A stretch of DNA of 64,000 bases from Phyllosticta citribraziliensis (Eukaryota), in NCBI RefSeq assembly GCF_038025025.1, contig NW_027117343.1, positions 1,550,001 through 1,614,000 of the forward strand. Reading direction: 5' to 3'. The notes beneath the pieces were generated by a model. It was not told where the DNA came from. It did not search any database and saw only the letters and a program-made list of their open reading frames with translations. Positions 24,851 through 38,681 of this stretch are shown in pieces. Position numbers and translations under genes: made by a program. Position 1 is the first letter of the stretch. The number at the start of each line of letters is the position of its first letter.

Positions 24851-26866
24851 ATGCAGTAAACAGATCGTCGCGATGGCTGGAAATGTGGCAGTCTGGATGC
24901 GTGTCCCTGTCCCATGGTTTGCTGCGCCGCGATAAAGCATGAGGCGTATTTTGTGCCTTGTTGAGTGAAGAGTTTCGTGGTTTGCTGTGCCGCATCTTCT
25001 GAAAAGCAGTAGGCAAGTTGACGGATAGGGAGAAACCTACAGCACGGCCCGCCGTCAAGGCAGACATGACAGCCGCTTTGAATGCTCCTTGATAGCGATC
25101 GACCCATGCTAAACTGCACACTGTTTTCGCTCAGCCAGGGGAAGACATACGGGGCGGAAACGGCAGTGTCCTGAGCAAGTCCAGCCATCAATTGCTGGAC
25201 CAGCATGTGTATGGAAGGCTGAGATATCTCTGGAAGAGAGTGCGCTGGAGCAGCTGCGTTGTTGTGTCGCACCTGTTCCGCTGCTACGTTCTACAAGAAG
25301 AGGATCGAATGGGAGACTTGCGGCGAGGCTGAATGGTCTGCCGTACTCCATGCAGGCGCCAAACTGGGGAAACACCTCGAGTTTGAGGAATTGGGTTGTA
25401 TTTCCACATGGTATTGAAGTGATCGAAGCGCGTAGATGTCCATGGTGGCTTGCATTGACAAGCCAGTTGTCAAATCAAGCCTCGCCCTGTTTGCCGCGCG
25501 GAAGCAAGAGGTGTCAGTTGAGAAAGTGCAGGTTGAGAGTCTGATGAGCATACCAGCTGGGGAACTTTGAGTTGATTGAACAAACTGTGCGCCAACGCTC
25601 GCTGGGCGCTTGGAGAGACTCGCCGCATGATCTCGATGATTCCGCTGTTGTTTGGCTTTCTCTACGCTCCTAGACAGGATCCTTTCCGGACAAGTGCGAT
25701 TGCTGCATGTGAAAGGTGATGGCTGACGCTAGAGTGTGATTGAGTCGGGAAGTCACTGGAGGTTGACTGGAAGCCGTCAAACGAGACCACAGCATCACTT
25801 CCAGATTCGGTATGCGGCATTGGCATGTAGCGTCAAACGTCTGCGCTGTAGGGCAATAGGCTCAGCATGTGCAGAGGTGGGTCGATGTCCTGAAGCGTGG
25901 AGTTCGTTGACCAATTGACGGCGGGGATGTCAGGGAGGCCTGTGCGCCCACTCGCTACGGGCGTTGTGACGTCATTGGTGGTCGGCCGGGCACGGACGGT
26001 TACGGTCCGGGTGGTCCCGTCAGTTGTTTTGACGCGTCTCTGCGCGCGACCTCTCCTGACTTACCTCTGCGGGCTGCTCCACTACTGGCGTCAATTCGAA
26101 GACCACCAGTTGATACATTGCGGAAAACAAACGAAGCGAGACAGTGTCAGTGCCAGAATCCGCCCACCCACGCATTTGGGCTCAAATTCAGCGCCAAAAC
26201 CCAGTCGTGCTCAGTATCGATTTAGCTGCATAGTCTAACATCTATGCGGGCCCACTGACGCGATGTCGCAGAGCGAGGATATGTCCATCGCCACACTTAC
26301 CCTCAGACATTCCCCGAGGGCCAACTGAGTTCCGTCCCGTGAATCACGGACCTCGCATCCGCGCGAACCTTGCAGAGGGTTGACCTATGAGACCAGGCTG
26401 AGTCACACAGTGAAATAATTTCAGACCGTAGCTGTGGAATCATCTCGCAAATCGACCCAGAGGTAAAGAGCCTGGGCTGGACCACAGGATCAACAAGCAA
26501 ATCCTACGGCGACAAATCAACGAGGTGAAAATGGTACTGCGATTCATCCACCCATTCACTGAAGTCTTGATTACGGCCCCAATTTGCAGCTCTGCTCAGC
26601 CTCGTTTTCGCGCTGTGGCACTTTTCAATTGGACAATGGTGCTTGTCGACGCGACAAGCGCATGCATGGCACGAGTTCCCGCATTCACAATGGGGGCTGC
26701 ATCAACCGCCTGGAGAATGACACCACAGGGGTAGTCGTGTCTCAGCATTCCTTCGGACCCGTGTGGCCAAAGCTATTCATCTGGAGGAGCTATAAAAGCG
26801 CTTCCTGGAACGACTTAATGCTACATTTCGTTTGAACTCGTGGTTGAAGGCCAAAACCAAGTAAAA

Positions 26867-29800
26867 ATGGGGAAAACTTATTCTTACGGACCCAATATCG
26901 TCCATGAGCCTACAGACACGTCAAGTATCGTTGCAGAGTAAGTTGACATAATTCAAGCTGTGTCGTCTCCTTCCTTACCACAGTAGTATCTGCTTTGTCC
27001 ACGGACTAGGTGGCCACCGGGAAGATACCTGGACGAAAAAAGAAGGAAAAGGTCAGTGCTGGGAGGCTCCCCAGAAATCAACGACACTGATTCAGGGATC
27101 GTTTCTCCAGGCTCCTGTTTTTGGCCCAAAGAGCTCTTATCTACAGACATCGGAAACGTCAGAATCATCTCTTGGGGCTACAACGCAGCGATTGTTGCTT
27201 TCTTTGGAACGGACAGCAAGGAAAGTCTGCAGGGTCTCGGGAATGCTCTCATCAACGACCTTTCGATACTTCGAAAACGTGAAGTGGTAGGTACAATCCA
27301 GTGATGTAAAATCACAAACGGCTGACACATCATATAGCGGGAAAGACCTTTGATTTTCGTGGCACACAGTCTAGGCGGTCTTGTGGTCAAACAGGCAATC
27401 ATCCAGTCAAATACTCATTACAACAACAAGTCATCTCGATCGGGGGATATGTTTCCTGCCGTCAAGTGCGCGGTAAGTTTGTATCTACGGAGGCAGCACA
27501 GCAAAAAGCTTACCTATGGACCTAGATGTTCTTGGCAACTCCTCACAGGGGCTCAAATGCTGCGAATTGGGCAGACATGGTCACGACAATCACTGCACCA
27601 TTAGCCATCAGGCTATCCAACAAAGAACTCGTGAAGACTTTGAAATCTGATTCGTGCGTTTTGTACAACCAGAGAGAAACCTTCTTGGCTGTGCGCCACT
27701 CCGTCGACCTGGATGTGCCATGCTTCTACGAAAACCGCCCTACATCGAAGATGACAGTACGATCTGCCTTGATATAATCTTGTCCCACGGCTGACCGCTC
27801 CCAGATCGTCCCCAAGGACTTTGCCGTCATAGAGGATTGTCATACCCGGATTGCAATGGACGCAGATCACCATGAAATTTGCAAATTCAACGACAAGAAT
27901 GACGTCAACTATCAAAGAGTCCTCAACGAGATCCAGATGGCTGTGGAGAAAATCGAAACGGAGAGAGACACAGCCGCTAAAGAAATACAAGAGAGACGAG
28001 AAAGAGAAGCTAGAGAGGTACAGGAAAGCACAGCGAGAGTATCCCGGCAAGGTCAGTCACGATGGTTTCGAACTACCTGACTGCCTCCATCCTACCGTCT
28101 TCCTCAGAAAATATTCGTCAAATAAAGTCAAGGACTGCTTCCTAGGTGCAGTTGTACATGAATGCTCCTTGAGCGCAGGCGTAGCAGCGAATGAATGCTC
28201 CTTGAGGGTGTTTAGATGCGGATCCAGCGAATTCAAAGTGATATTGATCAGCTACTGACTTAACGAGCAGAGACCGACGACCTCCTAAAGTCGTTATATT
28301 TCGCCGATATGGACCGAGTACCTCGCAGGATTGAAAATGCATTAGCCGGAACCTTTGAGTGGCTATTCGAGCAACAACCTTCTGAAAGTGACTGGGCCGA
28401 GGACGAGCAGTCAGACCACATTGCGGATTTTCAAAAGTTCCTCAATTGGGTACATTCTCCCCAATCCCTCTTCTGGATTACCGGGAAGCCTGCTTCGGGG
28501 AAGTCGACAATGATGAAGTACATCGACAACGATGGGTGGGAAAGACTGACTCAACACCTCAAGCAATGGACCGACGGCGATCTACTCATCCCCGCCGCTT
28601 TCTTCATAAGAAATACTTCCGAGTCCCAACTGTCACGATGCGGATCCGGCCTTCTTCGCTCTCTTCTATACCAGCTGTTACGCCACCCGGAATTGGAAGA
28701 CATCATCAAGTCTGCCTTCGCAAACAGCCCAAGCTCCCCGCAATCGTCGAAAGATTTAGAATGGTCTTGGGAACAACTGGAAGCTGCATTGATCCGCTGT
28801 CTGTCCAAAAAGCCTTCCAAGACAAAATTATTCCTCTTAGTGGACGGGCTCGACGAGCTCAATTCAATAGAAGAGAGAGATCAGAGTGAAGGGCCGCCAA
28901 CTTTCGCTGCACGAGCCTCAGCATGGGATCCCATGATGGCGTTGTTGATCCGAGTCTCGAAATTTCCAGGTATCAAGATCTGTCTCTCCAGCCGACCATT
29001 TTCCCAGTTGGAAAAACATTTTACGGAATCCTCGCGCCTGGAGATTCACAGGCTCACAGCTGGCGATATCAAGAAGTTCACCGAAAGCGTGCTCGAGAAG
29101 AACGACAGTGTTTGGCAAAACCTCACAGAACAGATTGTTGACCCCCGGGAACGCATCTCACACATGATTCAGATAGGAGCTGAAGGAGTCTTCATGTGGG
29201 TAAAGATCGCTGTACGCGCGGTGAACGCGAACTTGGATGGATACGCAAGCTTTGAAGACATTGAAAAAATGCTCAATGGGTTTCCGGGCGAATTGACTTC
29301 TGCCAATGGGCTTTACGCCCAGGCGCTCAGCAACTACCAGGATGGGTACAATCGGGATACGGGGCTCCGAATGTTCTATCACCTCTACGACTTCAACAAC
29401 CTGAAAGAGGACCGGAAGCTTCAAATTACTCCAATGAATCCGCAAGTTCTCTATCTTGCAGAAAAGCTCAATGGAAGAGAAGACAAAGTGTTCGAATCAA
29501 CTCGGGGTGTGTACGATCTGCTTTCCTCCAGGACGGAATGGCATGCAATCGTCGAAAAAGAAAAGAGGCGTATTTGGAACTACACCGCCGGTCTACTTGA
29601 ATGTCGAGATCTTGGAGATAGAAGCAGCTGGAGAGCAGACACCAACGAACTCACTGTGACCTGGGCCCATGAGACAGTCCGCGAATTTCTTGGAAGAAAG
29701 CACCGCAGCAAGATAGTGATGTGGGACCAGGAACCTGGGAGAACACTCGATGAGAACGAGAGCACTTCTAGGGTCGCCATCGCATTCCTCCTCTTCGACT

Positions 29801-31047
29801 TTCGGCTGTCTTTGATTCCTCGTCGTATCCAAGGCCCGTTATATGAATCACTCCATTTGCTCACGGGACTTCAGGAAATAGCAATGATAGGCATTGGAGA
29901 AGATGCCGTATTCGACAAGGCCAAGGGATTCCTGAAAAAAGTGTTGATGACCTGGATCAGACTAGCAAGATACATGGAACCTCATGTCCTCCAAGATTAT
30001 CCCGTCGATCACCCCAAAGACTCTGAAACCCTAGAAGAAAAGCTCCTCAACATATGTCTGACATACGGCAACGGAATGCTTTTCGTCTTCAAAATCTACG
30101 AGGAACCATGTACTACGGTGATTCGCAAAAGACCTCTCATTGATATATATCTAAGTCGGCTCCAGGCCTGGGCAGTGCGGGCTGGTCACAGGATTGCCTT
30201 ACTTGATGGAGCTCATATGATATTTGAGTACAGTTACGACGACTCTCTGCATGCACTGCAAGCACTGCAAGAGCAAGACGGCATTCTGAGTCGGAGTCTA
30301 AACACCGTATGGGGAGGACACTCAGTCTGGCACAGATACCTACATCGCGGTCTCGCGGGTAGCAGATTTGAGGAAATTGACATTTTGATGGCACACAATA
30401 CTCATTGGAACGGGGTCATGGCCATGACCTGGAAAGATGTCAGGGAGCTGGACGAACTTATCGCAAGGCCATGCCAGAGACGCATCTGTGAGCCGACACA
30501 GTTCTGGGGCGAAGGACTTGGCAGATCATACTCTGTTGCATGTTTTGTTGCCCTTGTAATTCTGTGTGATCAGAAAGGGTCGCGGAAGGTGCCCGAGCTT
30601 CCCGAATTGGACCTCCCACCTCTCTCAGGACATCTCCTGGAGATCCACAACGTGATCAAAGCAGAAGAAAAAAGCCTCGAGGGACTTCTACAGTCAAATA
30701 ACATCTATACAAAGATTGGAGACCTCGAACTCGAGGCTACCAAGTCGAGCAGCACTATCCTTGCGGGGCTGTCTGCTATGAGACGCGATTTGCTCCGTTG
30801 GACTTCGACGCTACAGCGTCATCAGTTTTCTGGCTTTCGACCTGGAGAGCTGGAGCTACTTCAAAGCCGGCTTGAATTGCGGTACAGTCCTCTCCTGAAA
30901 GACCTTTCCTGGTATGACTTTGAGGCCAAGAGGAGAAGGGAGGAGGAGCGTCTTCAAAGAAAGCTAAAGGAAGAAAAGCAAAGGGAGATGCGTGAACGCA
31001 ACAGAGAACAAGAAATGGAGCCTTGGCGCAGGAAAAAGGAGCAGTGA
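26867..31047 (+). CDS. NLR-like protein 1: N-terminal SesB-like alpha/beta hydrolase + NACHT NTPase
   Basis: Spliced exons give CFVHGLGG, FWPKELL, RIISWGY, IFVAHSLGGLVVKQA (nucleophile elbow), FLATPHRGS and ADHHEICKF. These are followed by Walker A WITGKPASGKST, Walker B LLVDGLDE, KICLSSRP, AEGVFMWV and HETVREFL. A 219-nt intron at 28052-28270 joins the modules in frame. Confidence 0.88.
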
Positions 31048-32385
31048 GGGAACAGTCTTGAAAGTGGATGGATTGGTCAGGGAGTATTCGGTTCGGACGA
31101 ATTGGAGTGGTCAACGACTGCTCCTTCGGTGCAACCATGATATCGGAAGATAGTCTCTCGGCGCAACTGGATGGAACTGTGGGAGGCTTGTACGTCGAAC
31201 GCCGGCAGACGGATGAAGTCAGTGGGGAACGGTCTTGATGGAGGACAGAGTCTCCAGTGGTAGGCAGTAGAGTCCTTAGACAGCCGTCGCGCTAGTCCGT
31301 AGTTAGTCTAGCGTGTGGTGCTGCGGGCGTCGCCCTGAGGGATATCTCAGTCACGCACTCACCTACTCAATACAATCACCTTGATTTCGCACCTTCGGCG
31401 GACCTGATCTCCTTCAAGTCAGTTCCAGTTGATTGAGGCGCGTCTCTGCGCCCGCGCTCTCCTAGACAATACAACAACCACATTCTGCACCTTCTTCATC
31501 AGTCATTTTGACGCGTGTTCGCACGCGTCCTGTCCAAAGCAATTCAACGACCAGGATCCACCAGCCGTATTGCCAGAAGAACTCGTTTCATTTGGACTCC
31601 CACAGTCGCAGTTCCCGGTGCTTTGGTCGTCTTTCGGCCCAGACGCGACATCCAGCGCTTCTCACTCAGTCCCCATATGTAAGTGACCCGTTCTGGATGG
31701 CACCCTGGACGACACACTGGACGAAGCGCTGAGCCGCACCTGCACCTGCGATACTCCGCCCAAAAGTAGTGCAGCTCAGCCAGTACCCCAGCCGCCGCTT
31801 ACCTTCCCATTCCTCCGGCCTTGATTTCGCGCTGTGGCGTTCTTGACGTTGATACCCACCGAGCTGGCCGGTCCGGCGTCTATGTGGACCCAATTGGAAG
31901 GAAAAAGAAGCGATCTTGCAGAGCACGGATAAATCGCAACAAATACGCGCCAGGGCCATGTCGAACGAGAGCCTCAAGCGCGTAAGTGGAGGGGACGGGT
32001 CTGGTCGTGACTGGACCAGCGTCGTGTGGGCCGCACGAGCAGGAGAAGATCATCTACACAGCAGAGCAAGGTTCTGTCTTGGTAAGCATTCCATTGGATC
32101 ACAGTGTGCAGCCATGGAGTAGATCCGCGGACCTGAGAGTGCGAAATGCAAGCACCTGCATTTTCTGTGGGGCCTTTCTGCCGCCCGGAGCAAGTTACTA
32201 TCTGGGAAGACCAGCCACGATACGCGGAATCGACTCGTCGTTTGCGAGCACCAATTCGAATTTATAGAACGTCTTAATCAAAGCTGCGAAACTAAATATG
32301 CGCATTTCCGCACCGATCCTCCGCCCAAATCTCAAGCCCAAGCCCAAGCCCCAAGCTTTACAATTCGACAACGCTCATTGAAATC

Positions 32386-35300
32386 ATGGTGAAGAAGACT
32401 TATGAGACTGGCGCAAAAATACTCTACGAACCCGAGGATAGAGCACGGATTGTAGCGGAGTAAGTGCTTCGACCCTATACGGTATGGGTCTGCCGCTTAC
32501 CATCAAAGCATCTGGTTTATTCACGGGTTGAATGGGGACCGTCTGAAGACCTGGACCAGACAGACCTCGAAAGGTGAGACTTTGAAAACGCAGTGTTCAT
32601 CCCATACTTATCAAGCGCAGGTGATGTGTGCTGGCCGAAGGACCTATTACCTCACGATCCGCAGCACCAGGAATTGAGCGACGTCAGAATCATTACCTGG
32701 GGGTACAACTCAAAAGCAGCATCCTGGACAAAGGAGACGAGCCAAGACACAGTCTTTGGACACAGTCAGAGTCTTCTTGTGGATTTATGTCGATTGAGGG
32801 CCCGGGAAGAAGAGGTATCCATCCATTCAAGTCATTGGAAGATATCCGAACAGGTTCGTGAGGGTGCTGACTCCAAGCAGAAGAGAAGATCGATCGTATT
32901 CATCGTCCACAGCCTTGGAGGAATTTTGATCAAAGAGGTACGTGAGGTGAGAGGTATGAGCTCGATCGACACACTTACATAAGTGTAGGCGCTTGTTCTC
33001 TCGAATAGCCGATCAGGAAGAAGTACGGAAAAACGCGAAGATGAGTGGTCAACAATATTTCCCTATACTCTGGGCGTGGTGAGTGTTTCTTCGCTTTATG
33101 AGCGTAAGGGGACTGTCCGCTTATCAAAGCAGGTGTTCTTGGGCACGCCTCATGCAGGGAGTGACATGACTGAAAGCCTGGAATTGGCCGTTCGACTCTC
33201 AATGGGAAGCAGGAACAAAAGACTGCTCAGCAACTTGTCCCGAGAATCAGGTGATCTGGAAAGACAAAGCGAAAACTTTGCGACGATATCAAAGCAGAAA
33301 GACCTCGAGATTGTGTGCGCGTACGAGACACTGCCGGTTAAACTCCCCGTCTCGGCCTTCTTGCCGCACTGTATGAGGCCAAGACCCATCAGAAAACTTG
33401 TAAGTAGCTCCACAGGCTCGTAAAATAAGGCTTCAGATGCTCACGACGCGTAGATTGTCAATAAAATGTCTGCGATCCTCCACGGTTGCGACACGTCTTT
33501 TGGAATCAACGCAGACCACAGCAACATGTGCAAATTCAGCGACCTTGCCGATGAAGGATACCAAAAAGTGTCGCATCAGGTGTGGCAAATGGTCCTTCAC
33601 GGTAGGAGGGAAGAGGAGGCTCTGAATGCGCGAGGTTAGTTACATATTTATATTTATACGACGACAAACATTACAATGGACCCATATGGAGTGTGATTAT
33701 GCAGGCCAATGCTTCCGAGGCTCAAAATAAGAGGCATATCATGGATATCGAATCGCTTTGAGTTCAAAGCAGGGCAACAAGTGGGATATCCATGATCGTA
33801 TGCTAACTTGACACACCAGAGAAGAATGAGCTCCTCAAATCATTGAGCTTTGCTAATATGGACGACGTGCGAAACAACATCCGTGACCACAGTGAAGGGA
33901 CCTTTGAATGGCTCTTCGACAAAGCGCCTTCTAAAGACTACTCCACTTCATTCGTCAAGTGGCTGCACTCCTCGGAATCCATTTTTTGGATAACTGGCAA
34001 GCCAGCATCTGGAAAATCAACACTGATGAACTTTATATATAAGCACGAAAGCCTCGAAAAGCACCTCACGGACTGGGTCGACGGCGGAAGTCTCGTCAAA
34101 GCGATAGTCTTCATCAGACGATCTGCCGAATCACATCTCTTGCGGCGCGGAACTGGTATACTGCGCTCATTGCTCTCCCAGATGCTATCCGAGGAACCAA
34201 AGCTGGTCAAGGTCGTCAATTTAGTCTGCAAACAGAATTACCCGCACTCAGACTTTTCAAAATTGTCCTCCTGGTCGTGGAATCACCTGCTATGCGCATT
34301 TCAGGGTTGCTTGCAACAAAAGCCTCCTCACGCGAAGCTGTTCCTTTTGATCGACGGGCTCGACGAATTTGAGGCACTGAAAGATATAGACGGACCCTAT
34401 TTCCAGAAATCGCGCCGGGAGAAAGACTACGAACTGGAACGATTCCTGTGCCAACTGCTTCAAGTCGACGGTCGACCCGACGTCAAAATTTGTCTCGCCA
34501 GTCGGCCCATTCGAGCTGTTGAATTGAAACTGGACCGATTCTCTTCCCTCAGAATACACGATCATACCAAGGATGATATCAAAATATGCGCCGATACGAT
34601 GCTGTCAGAATACGGCGGATTGTGGGCAAAGTTCGAGACAGACACGACGAATCCACGCGAGATCATTTCCAACAAAATCCAGGCGAAGGCCCAGGGAGTA
34701 TTCATGTGGGTGTTCGTCGTGGCTCGTAATGTGGGCGTTGAGTTGATCTACTGTCGCGATTTCCGTCAGCTTGAAGAAGAAGTGGAGAACTCCCCAGAAG
34801 AACTTTGCGGTCCAACGGGCCTTTACCAGGAAGCGCTCGAAAACCGGGTCCCTGAGAACCATCGCGAGCAAGGATTACGCATGCTCTACCACACACTGGA
34901 CTTAATGTTAGTCCCCGGTGAGGAAGAGGTTGCCTTATGGGGAGAGGGGTTCAGGATTCGGGTTTACCCGAGCCTCTTGGCCCTAATGATTGCCGAAGAA
35001 GTACGTTGGAGTGAAAGCTACCGAAATTTGTCGGTGCGAGAGCTCTTCCCCGTGCTGGCTTCAGAAGAAAAATGTCAAGCCCTGTCCAAGACAGGAGAGT
35101 TCTGGCTCAATAACCATACTGCTTGTCTCTTGGAGCTTCAGGGCAGTGAAGAAAGCGACAGGACTGTCGTCTTCGCACATGAGACAGTCCGCGAATTCCT
35201 GGAAGAGCAGAGAGAGACCTACCTGAGTGGAAAATCGAAATCCAAGCCGCAGAAAAGCCTGGCAAGATCTGAGAGCTACACCAGAGCAGTCGTTGCACTT

Positions 35301-36446
35301 ATCATCTGCGAATTTCGGAACCTGTTCTTGAAAAACCCTGCCATGCCCCAAGGAACACCCCGAAGATACTTACCAGGTGGGTCCTTGTTTGACGCACAAA
35401 GCGTGAACAAGGTTCTCAAGACTGCAGAATTCCACAATCAAATCCTGAGCATCTTGTTCGACTTCGCCATCCTCATCGATCAAAAGCGCACTTCCCTTCC
35501 AGACGATGACAGCTTCGCGTCCGCGGAGGAGAAACTGCTTCGCATCCTCTTTACGAGAGAAGCTGGGCGAGACTTCCTGCGAAGTCAGATGAGGACTCGA
35601 TGTTATACTGTCTACCGTTCTCAGCCTTACCTTGACTTCTATCTCGGCGAGATCCCTCGCCAGACACAGCAGCGGCGGCGCTCTTCATTGGAGATCGAGA
35701 ATGATAAACCAAAGGACGGTCCGACTGATACGCTTCTTGAGACCATGCTCTACGATCAAGGAGCAGATCCAAATGAAAAGTGGGACAATGAAACAATCTG
35801 GCACAGATTCTTGAGCTGCCGTGTACCAGTCGCGAAATTCGCCTCCGAAGCCGGACCAGGACGCCACTTCACTCAGCTAGTCCTGGCAGGCGCCGACATG
35901 AGAACAAAAGTGCACTTAACAGTCCAGATGAAACAATATCTGATGGGGGGTTTGAAGAGAAATCGCACGACGTATTATCGTAAAGAGGGCGATTCCCCCA
36001 ATGTTTGGCGATTCTGCAAGAAAATGGACGAATCCTTAGGGCGCGGGATCGATCATGCTACGCCAGCTTACATCCTCGCATATTTTGTCGTGTGCTGTAA
36101 TCTCGACCTGCCAGAGTATATTGATGATTTTAAGCTCCCACCCGCAAAGGGGAGGCTCTCCTTGGCGCTAGAAATCCTCTCAAAGAAAAACAGAGAATCC
36201 GACGCACTGATCAAGAGCGATTGCGTGAAGTACTGGGAGATGGGGCACACAAAAACGAAGAGGAAAAGTGCCGAAATCCAGCTCCGGCGCCTGGTTTCTC
36301 TGCTTCATCATCGTCGAGTTGGTCCGGTCACTGACTTACAAGAATACGAGTTCGCTGAGCTTACAGACTATTTCAAAAAATTTCAAATCCGCACACTGAA
36401 GCCGGAAATAGCGGAGAGATTATGGCGAGAAAAGAAGGAGAAGTGA
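32386..36446 (+). CDS. NLR-like protein 2: SesB-like alpha/beta hydrolase + NACHT NTPase, paralog of the upstream gene
   Basis: FIHGLNG, CWPKDLL, RIITWGY, VFIVHSLGGILIKE, FLGTPHAGS and ADHSNMCKF, then WITGKPASGKST, LLIDGLDE, KICLASRP, AQGVFMWV and HETVREFL. Intron positions match gene 1, with a 185-nt intron at 33635-33819. Confidence 0.88.
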
Positions 36447-36844
36447 CGGAGAAGGATCTGCTGAGTAGCGATTGTCTTGATCTATTCTTGGAATCTCTGG
36501 ATCCCCGGCGCTTGAGAGCTGGGTATTTTGGTTCGCCAGTCAGGGAGAGCGAGGATCGGAATTGGCAGACTTCGTATCCGTTCGGCAGCGGGACGTTGCG
36601 CGCATGACGGACGGCAAGACGGTTGTAGATAGGTATTTGCGGCAGCGCGGACGTTGGACAAGCGTCCATGCAGATAGGTTTCGCGCTGACACGTGCCAAC
36701 GTCAATGCCAGCGCTCGACACACGGTCTCGACTCCAGCCCTCTCAGCACTCCGGACAGTCTTTTCAAATCACCACGACGCGCATGAGAGCCCATGCAAGA
36801 TCGACCGAGAAAAATGGTATTTGGATTTCGATTGCCAGACGGTA

Positions 36845-38681
36845 TTACAGAATGATGCGCCACTTGGCCGTCGCGTGGCGGATGCGCTCGCCGTAAAAGT
36901 AGAGCGGCACGCCCAGCAGGAGCAACGCGACGTAGATGCCGGCTTGCGTGCCGAAGCAGTCAATGTAGCCGACGTTCTCGACCCACGGCACGACGCCGTA
37001 AAGGAACCCAAACGCGACGATGTTTTTGAAGCCTGGCGGGTCAGCACTAGCCCTGATGGAAAGCGCGGAAGAGAGGGAGAAAGAGAGGGGAGGCCTTACC
37101 ATTGACCAAAAGCAAAGCGTCCATCTGCACCGGAAAGTAACACTCGGAAACGTACACCATGGTCGGCGCCGTCGCGGCCGTCAAGCCGACGGATATCAAG
37201 CCGTAGCCCCAAAACAGCGCGACCCAGTGCCACGAGCGCTCGACGCCGTAGCCCCAAAGCAGACAGCCGACGGGCACCAGCAGCGCGGGCACGACCAGCA
37301 GCGGCAGGCGCGTCTCGGGGCGAAACACGCCGCCGGCGCGTTTGGTGCGCCACGCGCTGTAACGGTCGACGCACCAGCCGCCCACAAAGGCGCCGACGAG
37401 GTTGCCGAGCAGTCCGGGGACGTTGACGAGGCCGATGAGTGCGGGCGAGAAGGAGTAGGGCGGGGCGGAGAGGACGTAGGAGGAGAGGATGTTGATGGCG
37501 ACGGTGAGGGCGAGGGAGACGGCGTAGGCGAGGAACGCGTAGATGACGGCCGGGTATGCGGATAGCGGGAACGGCCGCGCGAAGAGATGGAGCAGGCTGG
37601 CTTGAGGCCGGGGGCAAGAGAAGAGCTTGATCGACTGGCCGTACGTATTCTTTGGGATCTGGTCGGGCAAGTTCATGGGCGGCTGCGAGGCTCTGATGGC
37701 CGTCTTGCGCGACATTGTCGAGGCGAGGATGTCTTCCTTGGCGATTTCCTTGTCGGTGGAGGAACTCGCACTGAGCGTGTCTGGCCCGTCGCGGTCGTAA
37801 GATGTTTCGGGGACGAAGAAGACTACGAGGAGGAAGTTGATGCCGACGGCTATGGCGGCGATTCCCTTGTGCCACCGCCAGCCAATGGTCTCGGCAATGA
37901 AGCCGCAGATGAGTGGTCCGATGGTGTTGCCCCCTGAGATGCTGGCCATGTAGATGGACATTTTGGAGCTGCGCTCGTGGAGAAAGTAGAGGTCCTGAAC
38001 TTTTGTTAGCTTGATCTCGAGAAATTGGTCGAGACTTACATTCACAATGGCAGCGCCGAGCGCCTCGGTGGTCGAGCCAGCAAAGGCGGCCACAATGTTC
38101 GACCAGAGCAAGCTCTTGAAGCTCTGCGCGAATGCTCCCCAGATGTATGCAACACACAAAAGCAGAGACGCAAGAACAAAGACTGGCCGCTTGCCAAAGT
38201 AGTTGGCTAGAGGAACCCAAAAGAAGTTCTGGCTTCAGGTTAGCAATGACCAGGTCAAATTGCGAGCAACTCACAAAAAGGCCCAAGACAAGGACAGGCC
38301 ATTTGAGCAGGTCGCTCGTCTCGTTCATTGATTTTCCAAACTCTTTGCTAAGCAAAGCAAATGCGGGTGCCATGCCTCCAATTCTGAAGAAGAGTTAGAA
38401 TGGCCATTGTGCAGGGGAAGAGACTACTGACGCATAATTTGTGAAGAATGTAAAGGAGCACACTGCAAAGAAGCACACATGTTTTTGGACCCGAGACCAC
38501 CGAAGCGGATCATTGGGATCGGTTTTCGAAGGTCGAGGAAACAAAATGAGCTCCGCGTCTTTGCTGTCGGTCGAGGCTTTTGCGGTCAGCAGGCGTTCAT
38601 GACAGGGCCAAAAGGCTTACTTTGCAGCTGGACCGTTCCCTCTGTCTGGTCCAGCTCGTGTAAGGTATACAGCTGTACCAT
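36845..38681 (-). CDS. Major facilitator superfamily transporter (DHA1-like)
   Basis: PSKTDPNDPLRWS N-terminal motif, GKRPVF, DLYFLHERS, GPLICGFIAETIGWRW, FFVPETSY, PETRLP and many hydrophobic segments. Several short introns. Confidence 0.88.
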
